The notes: generated by a model from the sequence alone, not told the origin. A stretch of DNA of 64,000 bases from an uncultured Clostridia bacterium (GCA_944390285.1 CALXPN010000002.1:31762-95761); one strand, 5' to 3'. Positions 19,432 to 30,025 are shown, counted from the stretch's first letter. Made by a program: numbers and translations.

Positions 19432-20031
19432 TTAATTATAATTTTCTAATTTTTTTAATTTCATATATAAATGTGGCCAAGAATAAATTCTTTCTATTTT
19501 ATCATCTTTTAATCCTTTATTTACTCTTGTATCCATTATAAATGTTTTTATACCAGCACTTGATACCATTTTACAATTTTGAAAACTATCATCTATAAAA
19601 ACATCTAATTTTTCTGATTTTGCAGCTATTAATTTATTTTCTGCATTTATTATTAATTTATCATAAGGAATATTATTTTCTTTTATCCAGTTAGTTGTTA
19701 TCTTTTTTACATCGAATTTATCTGTTTCCCATCTTGCAGTAATAAGTATTATTTTATTTCCTTCTTCATGAATTTTATTCAAATATTTTAAAGATAAAGT
19801 TTTAGGTTTTACGTTTGATATTATTTTTTCATAATATTCATCTAAAAATTTTAAATCTTCGCCTTCATTCCATTCATTTAAATTTCTCATATAAAAGTGA
19901 TTATCACAATTACTAATATCTCTCATTATAGGTTCTTTGTTTAAAACATCTACTGTATATTCAGATGCATATGCCATCATTACTTCATAAGTGTCTGTAA
20001 TTGTATCATCAATATCTATTCCAACTATCAT
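19432..20031 (-). CDS. HAD-superfamily 5'(3')-deoxyribonucleotidase-like hydrolase
   Basis: 199 aa; N-terminal DIDDT HAD motif I; NT5C/YorS-like architecture; sits between gatC and gatA. Confidence 0.5.
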   Translation of the reverse strand: MIVGIDIDDTITDTYEVMMAYASEYTVDVLNKEPIMRDISNCDNHFYMRNLNEWNEGEDLKFLDEYYEKIISNVKPKTLSLKYLNKIHEEGNKIILITARWETDKFDVKKITTNWIKENNIPYDKLIINAENKLIAAKSEKLDVFIDDSFQNCKMVSSAGIKTFIMDTRVNKGLKDDKIERIYSWPHLYMKLKKLENYN

Positions 20032-20070
20032 ACATTTCCTCTTTCATTTATAGTATATTTAATATATATA

Positions 20071-20358
20071 TTAATTTAATACTTTTGGAATTCTAAACAT
20101 CCCCTCATCTTGACTTGGTGCATTTGATAATAATACTTCTCTGTTTTCAAACTTTACAACTTCATCTTTTCTAAATACATTGCTTTTTTCATTAGCTGCA
20201 ATTGTTTCCGTCATTTCACTTGTATCTACATTGTTTATTCTATTTGCAAATTCTAAAATTTCCTGCATATCTTTAGTATATTTTTCTATTTCATCTTCTG
20301 AAAGATTTAAATCTGCAAGTTTTGCAATATGAATAACTTCTTCTTTACTTATTGCCAT
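20071..20358 (-). CDS. gatC: Glutamyl-tRNA(Gln) amidotransferase subunit C
   Basis: 95 aa; MAISKEEVIHIAKLADLNLSEDE... typical GatC. Confidence 0.85.
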   Translation of the reverse strand: MAISKEEVIHIAKLADLNLSEDEIEKYTKDMQEILEFANRINNVDTSEMTETIAANEKSNVFRKDEVVKFENREVLLSNAPSQDEGMFRIPKVLN

Positions 20359-20473
20359 TTAATTCATCTCCTTTCATAATGCATAATTATATAATGAAAA
20401 TTTAAAAAACACAAGAAAAAAGTGATATACTTGTATAAATATATATCACTTTGTAAATTTTATATAAAACAAT

Positions 20474-20665
20474 AAAATCCATATATATAATAAAAAAATA
20501 AAAATATTTCTAGTCAAGCTAGTTTTCATAAAAATTCTAAGATTAGATTTGTCAGCGCCCTCAGGAACAAGCCTGAGATTCCCTAACAAATCTAACCTAA
20601 GAATTTCTATATTCAAACTACTTTCCATTCCATATTTTTATTTTTTTATTATATATATGGATTTT
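20474..20665. repeat. Hairpin/MITE-like element, copy B (inverted relative to A): perfect 34-bp terminal inverted repeats around the conserved core
   Basis: 20474-20507 (aaaatccatatatataataaaaaaataaaaatat) is the exact reverse complement of 20632-20665. TIR sequence differs from copy A. Core retains the identical 37-nt gtcagcgccctcaggaacaagcctgagattccctaac. The track ORF 20446..20628 lies inside it and is likely spurious. Confidence 0.7.
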
Positions 20666-20678
20666 TATTATACACAAT

Positions 20679-20978
20679 TTATCTATATAATTCATCTGAT
20701 GACATTAATTTTCCATAGCAATCTTTAAATTGTCCGAAAGCTAAGAAAACAAAATCATTTGCAACTAATGCAAGCATTGTAATTAAACACATAGCACCTA
20801 TTGGTGTACAAACCAATAATGCAAGAACAGAAGCTATAGTTCCATACATCATTAAAAATCCTGAGCCTATTTTTCCAGCATATAAACGATGTACTCCAAA
20901 AAAACCTAAAAACCAACATAACATTAATGCTGTAAATCTGTTTTTTGTACTTACATTTTCATCTTTTTTATTTTCCAT
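20679..20978 (-). CDS. TM2 domain-containing membrane protein
   Basis: 99 aa; GVHRLYAG motif and two TM helices. Confidence 0.6.
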   Translation of the reverse strand: MENKKDENVSTKNRFTALMLCWFLGFFGVHRLYAGKIGSGFLMMYGTIASVLALLVCTPIGAMCLITMLALVANDFVFLAFGQFKDCYGKLMSSDELYR

Positions 20979-21140
20979 ATCTTTTGTTTCTCCTTATTTT
21001 TTATAATAAATAATCTAATCTTCTTATTTAATCTTAATATTAAATGTTAATTTTTGTCAACAGATTTTCCATATGTTACTAAAATGATAAAAAAAAGTTA
21101 ATTTTGTTACATAAAAAAAGAACCTTTAAGGTTCAATTTT

Positions 21141-22229
21141 TTAATATAAATAATTTTGTGGATTTACAGGCGAACCACCTAATCTTATTTCTAAATGTAA
21201 ATGAGGACCTGTAGAATTTCCTGTAGAACCGACTGCAGAAATTGTAGTTCCTGGTCCTACTTGATCTCCGACTGATACATATATAGCACTACAATGTGCA
21301 TAATATGATTCAACTCCTCCACCATGATTTATTATTACTAAATTTCCATAAGATCCTTTATATCCCGCATATGTTACAGTTCCAGAAGTAATAGGTCTTA
21401 TTCCTGTACCAGATGGTGCTGATATATCAAGTCCAGTATGTGCTGAAGATCTAGAAGAACTCCTTACTCCAAATCTTGATGTTATAGAACCACTAACTGG
21501 TATTGAAAGAGCCATACCATTTATATTTCCGCTTGCTTCTGCTCTAGTTGTTGTTGCTATACTTTGAGCTTCACTTACTATAGTTTTTTTCCTTTTTTTA
21601 GCTTCTTCAGCCCTTTTCGCCTCTTCTGCTGCTTTTGCAGCTGCTTCTGCTTCAGCTTTCTTAGTTTCATATTCTGTAACTTTTGCAGTTTTAAATTCAT
21701 TTAATATTAACATTGCATTGTCTTTTGAAACTGATGAGTTTTCAGTTTCATAAACTTCTACAATACCTAATTTTAAATCTACTTCTGGATTTAAATTTGT
21801 TTTTAGTTCATTTATTATGCTTTCTGCTTCTTGTTGAGTTGCAACAACAGCTTTTTGCTCACCATCTGATGTAACAGCATATGTTTTATAAGTTGTTGTT
21901 GTCAAATTTTGAACTGCAAGCATAACTTCTTTTTCCTCTGTCTTTTTATCCCTATTTATTAATTTAAATTCATATTCTGGCATATTGGCTATTTCTCTAA
22001 ATGCTATATTACCAGAAGTATCATTCATATATTTATCGATTTTTGCTTTTATAATATCTATATTATCTACAAATCCAATGGTCTCACCTGATATTGTGAC
22101 TTTATATGCAGGTTTGTATTTAATACATACCACAGCAATAACTATGGCAGAACCAATTGTGACAAGTTTTAGGGTTTTCACAGCTTCTTTTGTACAATAT
22201 CTAACCCAATTTACTAAAATAAAATTCAC
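21141..22229 (-). CDS. Membrane-anchored M23 family metallopeptidase (LytM-like)
   Basis: HTGLD...HLHLEIR zinc motifs; N-terminal TM; Ala/Glu/Lys-rich linker. Probable GTG start at 22229 after AAAGGAGA, rather than the track's 22259. Confidence 0.7.
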   Translation of the reverse strand: MNFILVNWVRYCTKEAVKTLKLVTIGSAIVIAVVCIKYKPAYKVTISGETIGFVDNIDIIKAKIDKYMNDTSGNIAFREIANMPEYEFKLINRDKKTEEKEVMLAVQNLTTTTYKTYAVTSDGEQKAVVATQQEAESIINELKTNLNPEVDLKLGIVEVYETENSSVSKDNAMLILNEFKTAKVTEYETKKAEAEAAAKAAEEAKRAEEAKKRKKTIVSEAQSIATTTRAEASGNINGMALSIPVSGSITSRFGVRSSSRSSAHTGLDISAPSGTGIRPITSGTVTYAGYKGSYGNLVIINHGGGVESYYAHCSAIYVSVGDQVGPGTTISAVGSTGNSTGPHLHLEIRLGGSPVNPQNYLY

Positions 22230-22619
22230 TCTCCTTTTCAGCTTTTTAAAATTCGTCACTAGGCATTATTATACTATAAATAAAATTCCATTTCAAACAC
22301 TAAAAACAATTGTAAATTCATTTTAATACTTTTAAATCTAAATCTTTTATCTGTACTTGAAGTTTTTCCATAGTTTTCTCTTTAAATGTTCTTTTTTCTC
22401 TTTTATTCTCATTTTTTCTGTATAATTGATTTTTATACTTTTCTTTTAAAGTGGATTTTTTATACCTTTTTTTTATATTTTTTTATATTTTTTTGTTATT
22501 CTATCCCACTTTTTATTTATTTTACTTTAGTATTTTATTAATAAATAAATATTTAATTTTTACTATAAATATATTTATATTTTATTAAAATTATAAGTTA
22601 AATGTTCAATATTATATAA

Positions 22620-24527
22620 TTACTTTAACGGCCTCCGCCACCTCCGGCCTCCACCGCCAAATCCTCCTCCTGTTGAAAATCCTCCACCAGCACCTGTACC
22701 TGATGAATAATTTATACTACTTCCAATAGAAGAATTCATTGTATTTATAAAATTAAAATTACTATTTGAATTAAAAGCTATATACATATATGAATAATTA
22801 TTTCTTAAATATTGTTCATCACCAAGCTCTGGAAATTTTACTTTTAATTGTTCTATAACTTTTTCTGAAATTCCAAATGCTGTTGCAAAAACTAAAAATT
22901 TTTCCCATAATACTAAATCTGGAACTTCTTTATCATCAAGTTTTGAAAAATCTTCCATATATCTTTTTAGAGCACTCCATTTTTCCCTCTGATTTGCACC
23001 TTTTTGTGTTAATCCATTAAATCTTGATATATAGCACATTAATTTTGTAAAAACAGCTATAGATAAAACCAAAAATATAACTGAAATTGCAACTATTGAT
23101 GAAGCAAAAATCATACCAAACGCAATTATTATACAGAACATTAGAATTACACAAGGAACTGTATATTTTGCACTTTTTTTGATTATATTCTCATCATATG
23201 TTTCTTTTTGTGTATTTTCTTTTTTAGCTAGTTTTGAATATTCTTTTACTAATTCTTGTACTTGTTTTGTATGTTTTTTATTATACTTTTCAAAATCTTT
23301 TATTGTAAATATATTATTATTACTTATATTTTTTAAATAATTGTATAAATATTTTTCATCTTCATTTAATTCTTTTCCATTCTTATTTAATTTTATGATA
23401 AAATTTTTCTTAGTATTTTCAATACTTTCTTTTTTATTGTCAGATTGTTTTTCTTCAAAACTTATCCACCCTTTTAAGCACATATTAAGCATTGTAGCTG
23501 AAATTATTTTTCCTATATTATAATCTGTATTATTCAAATAATATAGAAAACTTGCTTCTAATACACTTGCATTTTCATCTGGTAATTCTCTAAAATATTT
23601 TATTTTTTCTTCTGGTAATATTTTAGGATTTTCTTTTGACTCTTTTGAAATAGTAAACCAATATTTGATACATAAAACACTTCCTATAATTCCAACAATC
23701 ACAACAATATTACTAACAAGCTCTTGCATTTTTTCATTTTTTTCTCTTTTTTCATTTGCTTCATTTGCATAATCTGTCTCTTCAGAAATTATTGTATCTA
23801 ATTTATTCTCATCTACTTTTTTTTGTGTATTTATAAACATAGATGTTGGTGTTGCAATTCTAATTTCTAAAAATGTATTTCTTTCTAAATTCTCTACACT
23901 AAAACTAGCTTGATATTGAGTATCTTTGTTTATATTTCCATTAAGTGGTCCATGTGCCCATACTCTAAAATCTTCTTCATCTACAATTCCATATGGTACT
24001 TTTATAATTCCATCTATTTTTTCTATTGGAATATCAAAATCATCTCCTATTAATTTCCAATAAACTTCTGCACAATCATTATATAATGTTACATGATTTG
24101 CAACTGTATAATTTATCTCAAATGTCCTTGTTTCAGTTCCACTAACATCAACTCCCCATGCAATCTCAAAATCATTATCTGGATTTACTAAAGCTTGATA
24201 ATAATTTCTATCTACATGATATGAATACTCTTCTTTTGGTTCATATACAACTTTTTTTCCATCAGTTAATATTTCTGTCACTGTAACATCCTTTATTTCA
24301 TCATAAGAATCATCCATTTTAAAAGTTTTAAATAATGTATTTGTATCTGATATTTCTATATTCCAAGTTTCTTTAATATCCAAATCTCCATTATTTCTAA
24401 CTAATACATCAAAATTTAAATTATTAATCTTCTGCGATTCTGCAAAAGAAGATTTTGGTTTAATAAAAAATATTAAAACTGCCAAAAATATAATAAATAT
24501 TACTTTTAATAAAACATTTTTTTTCAT
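22620..24527 (-). CDS. DUF2207-like membrane protein with C-terminal Gly-rich tail (paralog of 6338..8488)
   Basis: Same architecture as 6338..8488; tail SGTGAGGGFSTGGGFGGGGRRWRR. The ATG at 24527 is preceded by AAGAGG. Confidence 0.55.
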   Translation of the reverse strand: MKKNVLLKVIFIIFLAVLIFFIKPKSSFAESQKINNLNFDVLVRNNGDLDIKETWNIEISDTNTLFKTFKMDDSYDEIKDVTVTEILTDGKKVVYEPKEEYSYHVDRNYYQALVNPDNDFEIAWGVDVSGTETRTFEINYTVANHVTLYNDCAEVYWKLIGDDFDIPIEKIDGIIKVPYGIVDEEDFRVWAHGPLNGNINKDTQYQASFSVENLERNTFLEIRIATPTSMFINTQKKVDENKLDTIISEETDYANEANEKREKNEKMQELVSNIVVIVGIIGSVLCIKYWFTISKESKENPKILPEEKIKYFRELPDENASVLEASFLYYLNNTDYNIGKIISATMLNMCLKGWISFEEKQSDNKKESIENTKKNFIIKLNKNGKELNEDEKYLYNYLKNISNNNIFTIKDFEKYNKKHTKQVQELVKEYSKLAKKENTQKETYDENIIKKSAKYTVPCVILMFCIIIAFGMIFASSIVAISVIFLVLSIAVFTKLMCYISRFNGLTQKGANQREKWSALKRYMEDFSKLDDKEVPDLVLWEKFLVFATAFGISEKVIEQLKVKFPELGDEQYLRNNYSYMYIAFNSNSNFNFINTMNSSIGSSINYSSGTGAGGGFSTGGGFGGGGRRWRRPLK

Positions 24528-24546
24528 AAGTACCTCTTTCTTACTT

Positions 24547-25257
24547 TTATTTTTCTTCACCTAATTGTCTTTCTTTTACTGCTAATGCCTTTGCAATTCC
24601 TTTTTCAAAAGCATTTGTCCTATGATACTCTTTATTTAATCTTTTATATTCTTCTAATAACTTCTGTCTTTCTATTTCTGTAAGCGGATATATCATCCCA
24701 CCCATTTTAGTTATTATTTGTAATTCCTCTGGGTTTAAATCTCTATATATTGGTGGTAAACCAAATCTTTTAAAATTCATTATTTCAAAAGGATCTAAAT
24801 CTTCTGCATCTGGCATAATATCTTCTAAACCAACTTTCATACATCTTATTTGATAAATATCCTCTAAAGAATTTATTTTTCCTTTTTCTTCTCCCCATCT
24901 TTTTATTTTAATCATATCTATTCTATTTGGAACTCTTGTAGTTCTAGAAAAATATTTTTTAGTATTTCCTATTGTTTGTTCTAATAATATAGATTCTTCT
25001 ATTCCATCATCATTATAAACACTTATTGTTTTTATTTCTTCTGCTTCATTTTTTTCTAATCTCATTCTTTTTAGTTTTTCATCTAATGGATCTATATAAT
25101 ATTTAGATGCCATAACAGTATTGGAAAGAGATGTAGGTTCTATAAATGTTACTTGATTATTCTTTTCTAAATTAACTATTTCATCTAACATATCTTTAGC
25201 TTCATTAGAATATGGTCTTATATTTTTCTGTTCTAAAAAACTTGAAAGTCTCCACAA
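24547..25257 (-). CDS. Hypothetical protein; probably the frameshifted 3' part of a gene that starts at 25372
   Basis: Track ORF begins at a TTG with no RBS. An ATG at 25370-25372 with AGGAGA RBS, 10 nt after the smc stop, opens a 55-codon frame that ends at 25205-25207 and overlaps this ORF in another frame. Confidence 0.4.
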   Translation of the reverse strand: MWRLSSFLEQKNIRPYSNEAKDMLDEIVNLEKNNQVTFIEPTSLSNTVMASKYYIDPLDEKLKRMRLEKNEAEEIKTISVYNDDGIEESILLEQTIGNTKKYFSRTTRVPNRIDMIKIKRWGEEKGKINSLEDIYQIRCMKVGLEDIMPDAEDLDPFEIMNFKRFGLPPIYRDLNPEELQIITKMGGMIYPLTEIERQKLLEEYKRLNKEYHRTNAFEKGIAKALAVKERQLGEEK

Positions 25258-25382
25258 AATTGTTTGAAATCGTGGATTTCCGTGAGATATGTTCTGAAAA
25301 ATCTCTACAATATAAATATTCTTCTATAAATTCTCTAAAACTTTCAAGTTTTGATTCTCTATTTTTATCCATAACTTTCTCC

Positions 25383-28300
25383 TTATTTTAATTTCATAGA
25401 TAATAATTTACTTATTCCTTTTTCTTCCATTGTAATTCCATAAACAGTATCTGCTGCTTCCATTGTACCTTTTCTATGTGTTATAACCAAAAACTGTGAA
25501 TTTTCAGAAAATTTTTTTAAATATTCTGAAAATCTATATACATTAACATCATCAAGAGCTGCTTCTATTTCATCTAATACACAAAATGGTGCTGGATTTA
25601 TTTTTAATATTGCAAATAATAATGCAATTGCTGTAAAAGCTCTTTCTCCACCTGACAAAAGCATCATATTTTGAAGTTTCTTTCCTGGTGGTTGAACATT
25701 AATTTCAATACCTGATTCTAATATATTTTCCTTATCTGAAAGAATTAATTCTGCTTTTCCTCCTCCAAATAATTCTGCAAAAACTTCTCCAAAATTTTTA
25801 TTAATTATTTTAAATTGTTCTGCAAATTGTTTTTTCATTGTTTCTGTCATTTCATTAATAACTTTTCTCAATTTATTACTTGAATTCTCTAAATCTAATC
25901 TTTGTTCACTCATAAAATCATATCGTTCTTTTATTTCTTTATATTCTTTTATTGCATCTATATTTACACTACCTAATTCTTTTATTTCATTTCTTATTGA
26001 ATTCACTTTTTTCTGCACTTCTGACGGGTTTTTAGCTTTTTCTATATTTTCTACATTATTTGGAGTAAGTTCATATTCTTCCCACATTTTATTTATAACT
26101 TGATTTAATTCAAGTTCTATTTTTGATTTCTTTAAATCCAACTTTGAAATTTGATTTTTTATATCTTCTATTTTTTCATTTTGATTTTCAATATCTGATT
26201 CTATAATTAATAATTTTTCATTTTTATTTATTCTATCATTTTTTAATTTTTCAACTTTTTCTTTACTTCCATCAATTTCTTCTTCTAGTTTTAATATTTT
26301 ATTTTTAATTTCTTCGATTTTGTTTTCTAATTCTTTTGTTTCTTGAAGATTTTTCTCTCTTAAATTCTTTTTATTTTCTATACTTGATATATTATTTTTA
26401 ATATCTGCATTTATTCTTTCCATTATTTCATTAATAGAAACTTCACTTTCATCAAATGATGATACAGATATTTTTAAATTTGTTATATCAAAATTTAAAT
26501 CATCAATATATTTTTGATTATCTTTATTTAAATTTGTAAATTCTTCAATTTCAATATTTAAAGTTTCATTTTGTTTATCTATATCTGAAACTTTTTCTTT
26601 TAAGCTTTCTTGATTATTTAAATTTAATTCTTTTTCTTTGACACAAGAATCCAAATCTGTCCTAAGCTTAGCAAGTTTTGAATCTAATTTTAATATTTCT
26701 AATTCTATATTATCAATTTTTTGTTTCTCTGTTGCATATGTAATTTCAAGTTCTTGAGATTCTTTTTGTTTTATATTAAACTCTTCTAAGATTTCAGAAA
26801 TACTATTTTCATATTCCGATTTTTCTTTTTCCACTCTTGCAATTTTTTCTTTAATAAATTTTAATTCTTCTTCAAGTGATTTAATTTCTTTTCCTCTCCC
26901 TAATATGCTAACTGTCTTATTCGGAGTAGAACCTCCACTTATAGCTCCTGAAGGATTTATAATATCACCTTTTAATGTAACTATTCTAAATTTATATCCA
27001 TTTTGTTTTGCAAGTGCAACAGCACTATCTATATCTTCTACAATAACTGTTTTTCCAAGTAAACTTAAGATAATACCATCATACTTTTTGTCATATTTAA
27101 TTAAATCTGAAGCAAGCCCTATTATTCCATTTATTCTTTTTGTATTTACACCAGATAATCTTGTTCCCCTTACAGAAGTAATTGGTAAAAAGGATGCTCT
27201 TCCTAAATTATTCTCTCTTAAATAATTAACTAATTTTTTCGCTTCATCTTCTGATGCTGTAACAATATTTTGAATTGCTCCACCTAAAGACATTTCAATT
27301 GCAATTTCATATTTTTTATCTACTTGAATCAAATTAGCTAATACTCCATAAACACCTTTTGCCAAAGAAGAATCACGTTCTATTGCTTCAAGTAAAAGTT
27401 TTACACTTTTGGCATAACCTTCTTTTTCTTTTTCTGTTTCAATTAAAAATTTAAGTCTTGATTCTTTTATTCTATATTCTGATTGATAACTATTTAGTTT
27501 CACATTAAAATCTTTTAATTTTTCCTGTGATATTTCGTTTTCTTTTTGCATTTTTTCTATTTTTTGCAAAATTTCTGTTCTTTTTTTATCTATACTATAA
27601 AACTCTTTAGATTTTTCCTCTTTATTTGTTCTAGTATTATCCAATTCTGAAATCGTATCTTGAATATCGTTTTTTAATGAATGCTCTCTTTTTTCAAAAT
27701 TTTCAAAATCAGCTTTTTCTTTGTTTATTTGTGCTATAATTTCATATCTATCATCTATATTTTTTTGAACTATTTGTTTCTTAGATTCTATCTCTATTTC
27801 TTTATTTGATAATGTTTTTGAATATTTTTCAAGTTCTTCTTCTTTTTCTTTTAATTCTTTTTCAAATTTTTCTTTATTTAAATATAAATTGTCCTTTTTT
27901 TCTTGCTTTTGATTTTTTTCCTCTTCTAATTCTTTATTTCTATTTTCTAAGCTTTCAATTTCCTCTCCAAACCTTACATAATTTTCTTTATTATTTGAAA
28001 TTCTCTCTAAAGAAACATTTATTTCACTATTATATTGTTCTTTTACTTTGTTTCCCTCAAAATGTAAGTTTTGTGTTTTTTCTATTTCTTCTATTAGCTT
28101 ATCTATTTGTAATTTTAACTCTTCTTTTTCTAATTGTATATTATTTAAATTCTCGTCTTCTTTTACCTTTTGAGTTTCTATAATATCTATATTTTCTAGT
28201 ATATCTTGTATTTGTTTTTTATAATCATCTATATTATATAAAAATAATCCTACTTCTATATTTTTTAGTTCATCTCTTAAACTCAAAAATCTTTTTGCTT

Positions 28301-28931
28301 TTTCAGATTGTATTTTTAATGGTTCTATATTAGCTTCTATTTCTGAAATAATATCATTTATTCTAAGTAAATTTAATTTTGTTTGTTCTAGTTTTTTTTC
28401 TGAATCCATTTTTCTTGTTCTATATTTTACAATACCTGCAGCCTCTTCAAAAATATGTCTTCTATCTTCTGATTTATTACTTAAAATCTCATCTATTTTT
28501 CCTTGACCTATAATAGAATATCCATCTTTTCCTATGCCTGTATCCATAAATAATTCTAATACATCTTTTAACCTACAAGGTACTTTATTTATAAAATATC
28601 CTGATTCGCCACTTCTATATATTCTTCTTGTTACAACTACTTCATTATATTCTATAGGAAGTTTGGAATCCGAATTATCTATTACAAGTGATGCTTCTGC
28701 ATATCCTAAAGCTTTTCTATTTTGAGTTCCTGCAAAAATTATATCTTCAGATTTTGTTCCTCTTAAAGATTTCAAACTTTGTTCACCTAAAATCCATCTA
28801 ATACAATCTGATATATTACTTTTCCCTGAACCATTTGGACCAATTACGGTTGTGATTCCTGGCATAAAATCCAAAACAGTTTTGTCTGCAAAAGATTTAA
28901 AACCATACATTTCTAGCCTTTTTAAATACAT
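25383..28931 (-). CDS. smc: Chromosome partition protein SMC
   Basis: 1182 aa; Walker A GPNGSGKSN, long coiled coils, hinge, C-terminal LSGGE signature. Confidence 0.9.
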   Translation of the reverse strand: MYLKRLEMYGFKSFADKTVLDFMPGITTVIGPNGSGKSNISDCIRWILGEQSLKSLRGTKSEDIIFAGTQNRKALGYAEASLVIDNSDSKLPIEYNEVVVTRRIYRSGESGYFINKVPCRLKDVLELFMDTGIGKDGYSIIGQGKIDEILSNKSEDRRHIFEEAAGIVKYRTRKMDSEKKLEQTKLNLLRINDIISEIEANIEPLKIQSEKAKRFLSLRDELKNIEVGLFLYNIDDYKKQIQDILENIDIIETQKVKEDENLNNIQLEKEELKLQIDKLIEEIEKTQNLHFEGNKVKEQYNSEINVSLERISNNKENYVRFGEEIESLENRNKELEEEKNQKQEKKDNLYLNKEKFEKELKEKEEELEKYSKTLSNKEIEIESKKQIVQKNIDDRYEIIAQINKEKADFENFEKREHSLKNDIQDTISELDNTRTNKEEKSKEFYSIDKKRTEILQKIEKMQKENEISQEKLKDFNVKLNSYQSEYRIKESRLKFLIETEKEKEGYAKSVKLLLEAIERDSSLAKGVYGVLANLIQVDKKYEIAIEMSLGGAIQNIVTASEDEAKKLVNYLRENNLGRASFLPITSVRGTRLSGVNTKRINGIIGLASDLIKYDKKYDGIILSLLGKTVIVEDIDSAVALAKQNGYKFRIVTLKGDIINPSGAISGGSTPNKTVSILGRGKEIKSLEEELKFIKEKIARVEKEKSEYENSISEILEEFNIKQKESQELEITYATEKQKIDNIELEILKLDSKLAKLRTDLDSCVKEKELNLNNQESLKEKVSDIDKQNETLNIEIEEFTNLNKDNQKYIDDLNFDITNLKISVSSFDESEVSINEIMERINADIKNNISSIENKKNLREKNLQETKELENKIEEIKNKILKLEEEIDGSKEKVEKLKNDRINKNEKLLIIESDIENQNEKIEDIKNQISKLDLKKSKIELELNQVINKMWEEYELTPNNVENIEKAKNPSEVQKKVNSIRNEIKELGSVNIDAIKEYKEIKERYDFMSEQRLDLENSSNKLRKVINEMTETMKKQFAEQFKIINKNFGEVFAELFGGGKAELILSDKENILESGIEINVQPPGKKLQNMMLLSGGERAFTAIALLFAILKINPAPFCVLDEIEAALDDVNVYRFSEYLKKFSENSQFLVITHRKGTMEAADTVYGITMEEKGISKLLSMKLK

Positions 28932-29083
28932 TTTTTATTCCTCAAATCTTCTTCTATAATTTTACAAAATCATATTATATTTTTCTACTTTTTTCAAGCT
29001 TTTCTAACAAATTCCCTTGACCAAAATTTTATTAAGATATAAAATATATGTACAAAAATTATTTTACAAATGAGGAGTTTTTA

Positions 29084-30025
29084 ATGAAAGAAACTTTTGA
29101 TTTTTATAACAGTACTTCCATAAAATCTTATAACTTAGATGAAAGAATCCGTTATCAATTAAAAATGTTAGATGGTTTAGATAATTTCACAAGAAAACAT
29201 ACAGATAATGTTGCAAATATTACATGTAGACTTTGTGAAAAATTAAATATGACAAAAGGATTTACAGTTTATTGTACTACTTGTGCATATCTACATGATA
29301 TAGGTAAAATGTTTATTCCTCCTTCTGTTTTACAAAAACCTAGTAAACTAACAGATCAAGAATTCGAAATCATGAAAACACATACTACAATAGGATATAA
29401 AATGTGTATGAATGATTTAAAATTACGTCCATATGCTGCAGGTCCATATTATCATCATGAAGCCTTAAATGGTACTGGATATCCAAATGGCTTAACTGCA
29501 GATAAAATTCCTTACGAAGCCCAAATAATAAGAGTAGCAGATGAGTTCGAAGCAATTACTGCTAAAAGGCAATATAAAAGTCACATTGGAATTATTGATG
29601 CTTTAAATATTATGATAAGTAATGCACAACCTTCTAAAATAAACAATATGTCTGATGCTATTAAAAATTTGAAAGTTGCAAATTTAGGAAAAATAGATAA
29701 AAAGATATTAAAAACTTTATTTAAAGTTATTATAGAAGATACAGAATATGAAATAGCATCAAGAATAGACTATGTAAACTTTTTAACAGAGGAAATTAAA
29801 AGAGTTGAATCAGCTAGAAAATATTATAATAAAATGATATCTACAAAATCTGAGTATAAAAGAGAGTATTTTAAAGAAGAAATAAAATGTTATCTAAAAC
29901 CACATGAAGATCCTGAAAAAATACCTCAAATGATAGATGAATTTAAAATAGCATATAAAGCTAGAAAAGAACATATTGCAAAATTATATGATGAAATTAA
30001 ACAAATAAAAAAATTGAAAGTTTAA
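29084..30025 (+). CDS. HD-GYP domain phosphohydrolase (probable c-di-GMP phosphodiesterase)
   Basis: HDIGK and HHE...GTGYP motifs. The ATG at 29084 (MKETFDF) follows GGAG; the track start at 29048 is probably too early. Confidence 0.6.
   Translation: MKETFDFYNSTSIKSYNLDERIRYQLKMLDGLDNFTRKHTDNVANITCRLCEKLNMTKGFTVYCTTCAYLHDIGKMFIPPSVLQKPSKLTDQEFEIMKTHTTIGYKMCMNDLKLRPYAAGPYYHHEALNGTGYPNGLTADKIPYEAQIIRVADEFEAITAKRQYKSHIGIIDALNIMISNAQPSKINNMSDAIKNLKVANLGKIDKKILKTLFKVIIEDTEYEIASRIDYVNFLTEEIKRVESARKYYNKMISTKSEYKREYFKEEIKCYLKPHEDPEKIPQMIDEFKIAYKARKEHIAKLYDEIKQIKKLKV

Noticed and set aside
20446-20628. 60-aa ORF (MESSLNIEILRLDLLGNL...)
   Set aside because: Lies entirely within the hairpin repeat element copy B, whose sequence is conserved for structure rather than coding; the equivalent frame is not open in copies A and C.
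22260-22620. AT-rich 360-bp intergenic region with short T/A-tract repeats (ttttttatatttttttatattttttt)
   Set aside because: Low-complexity promoter region upstream of the M23 peptidase gene; no ORF, no structured repeat beyond homopolymer tracts.
27806-28183. 125-aa ORF antisense to smc (and others at 26905..27225 and 28534..28725)
   Set aside because: Inside the smc coiled-coil coding region; Leu/Phe-rich artefacts.
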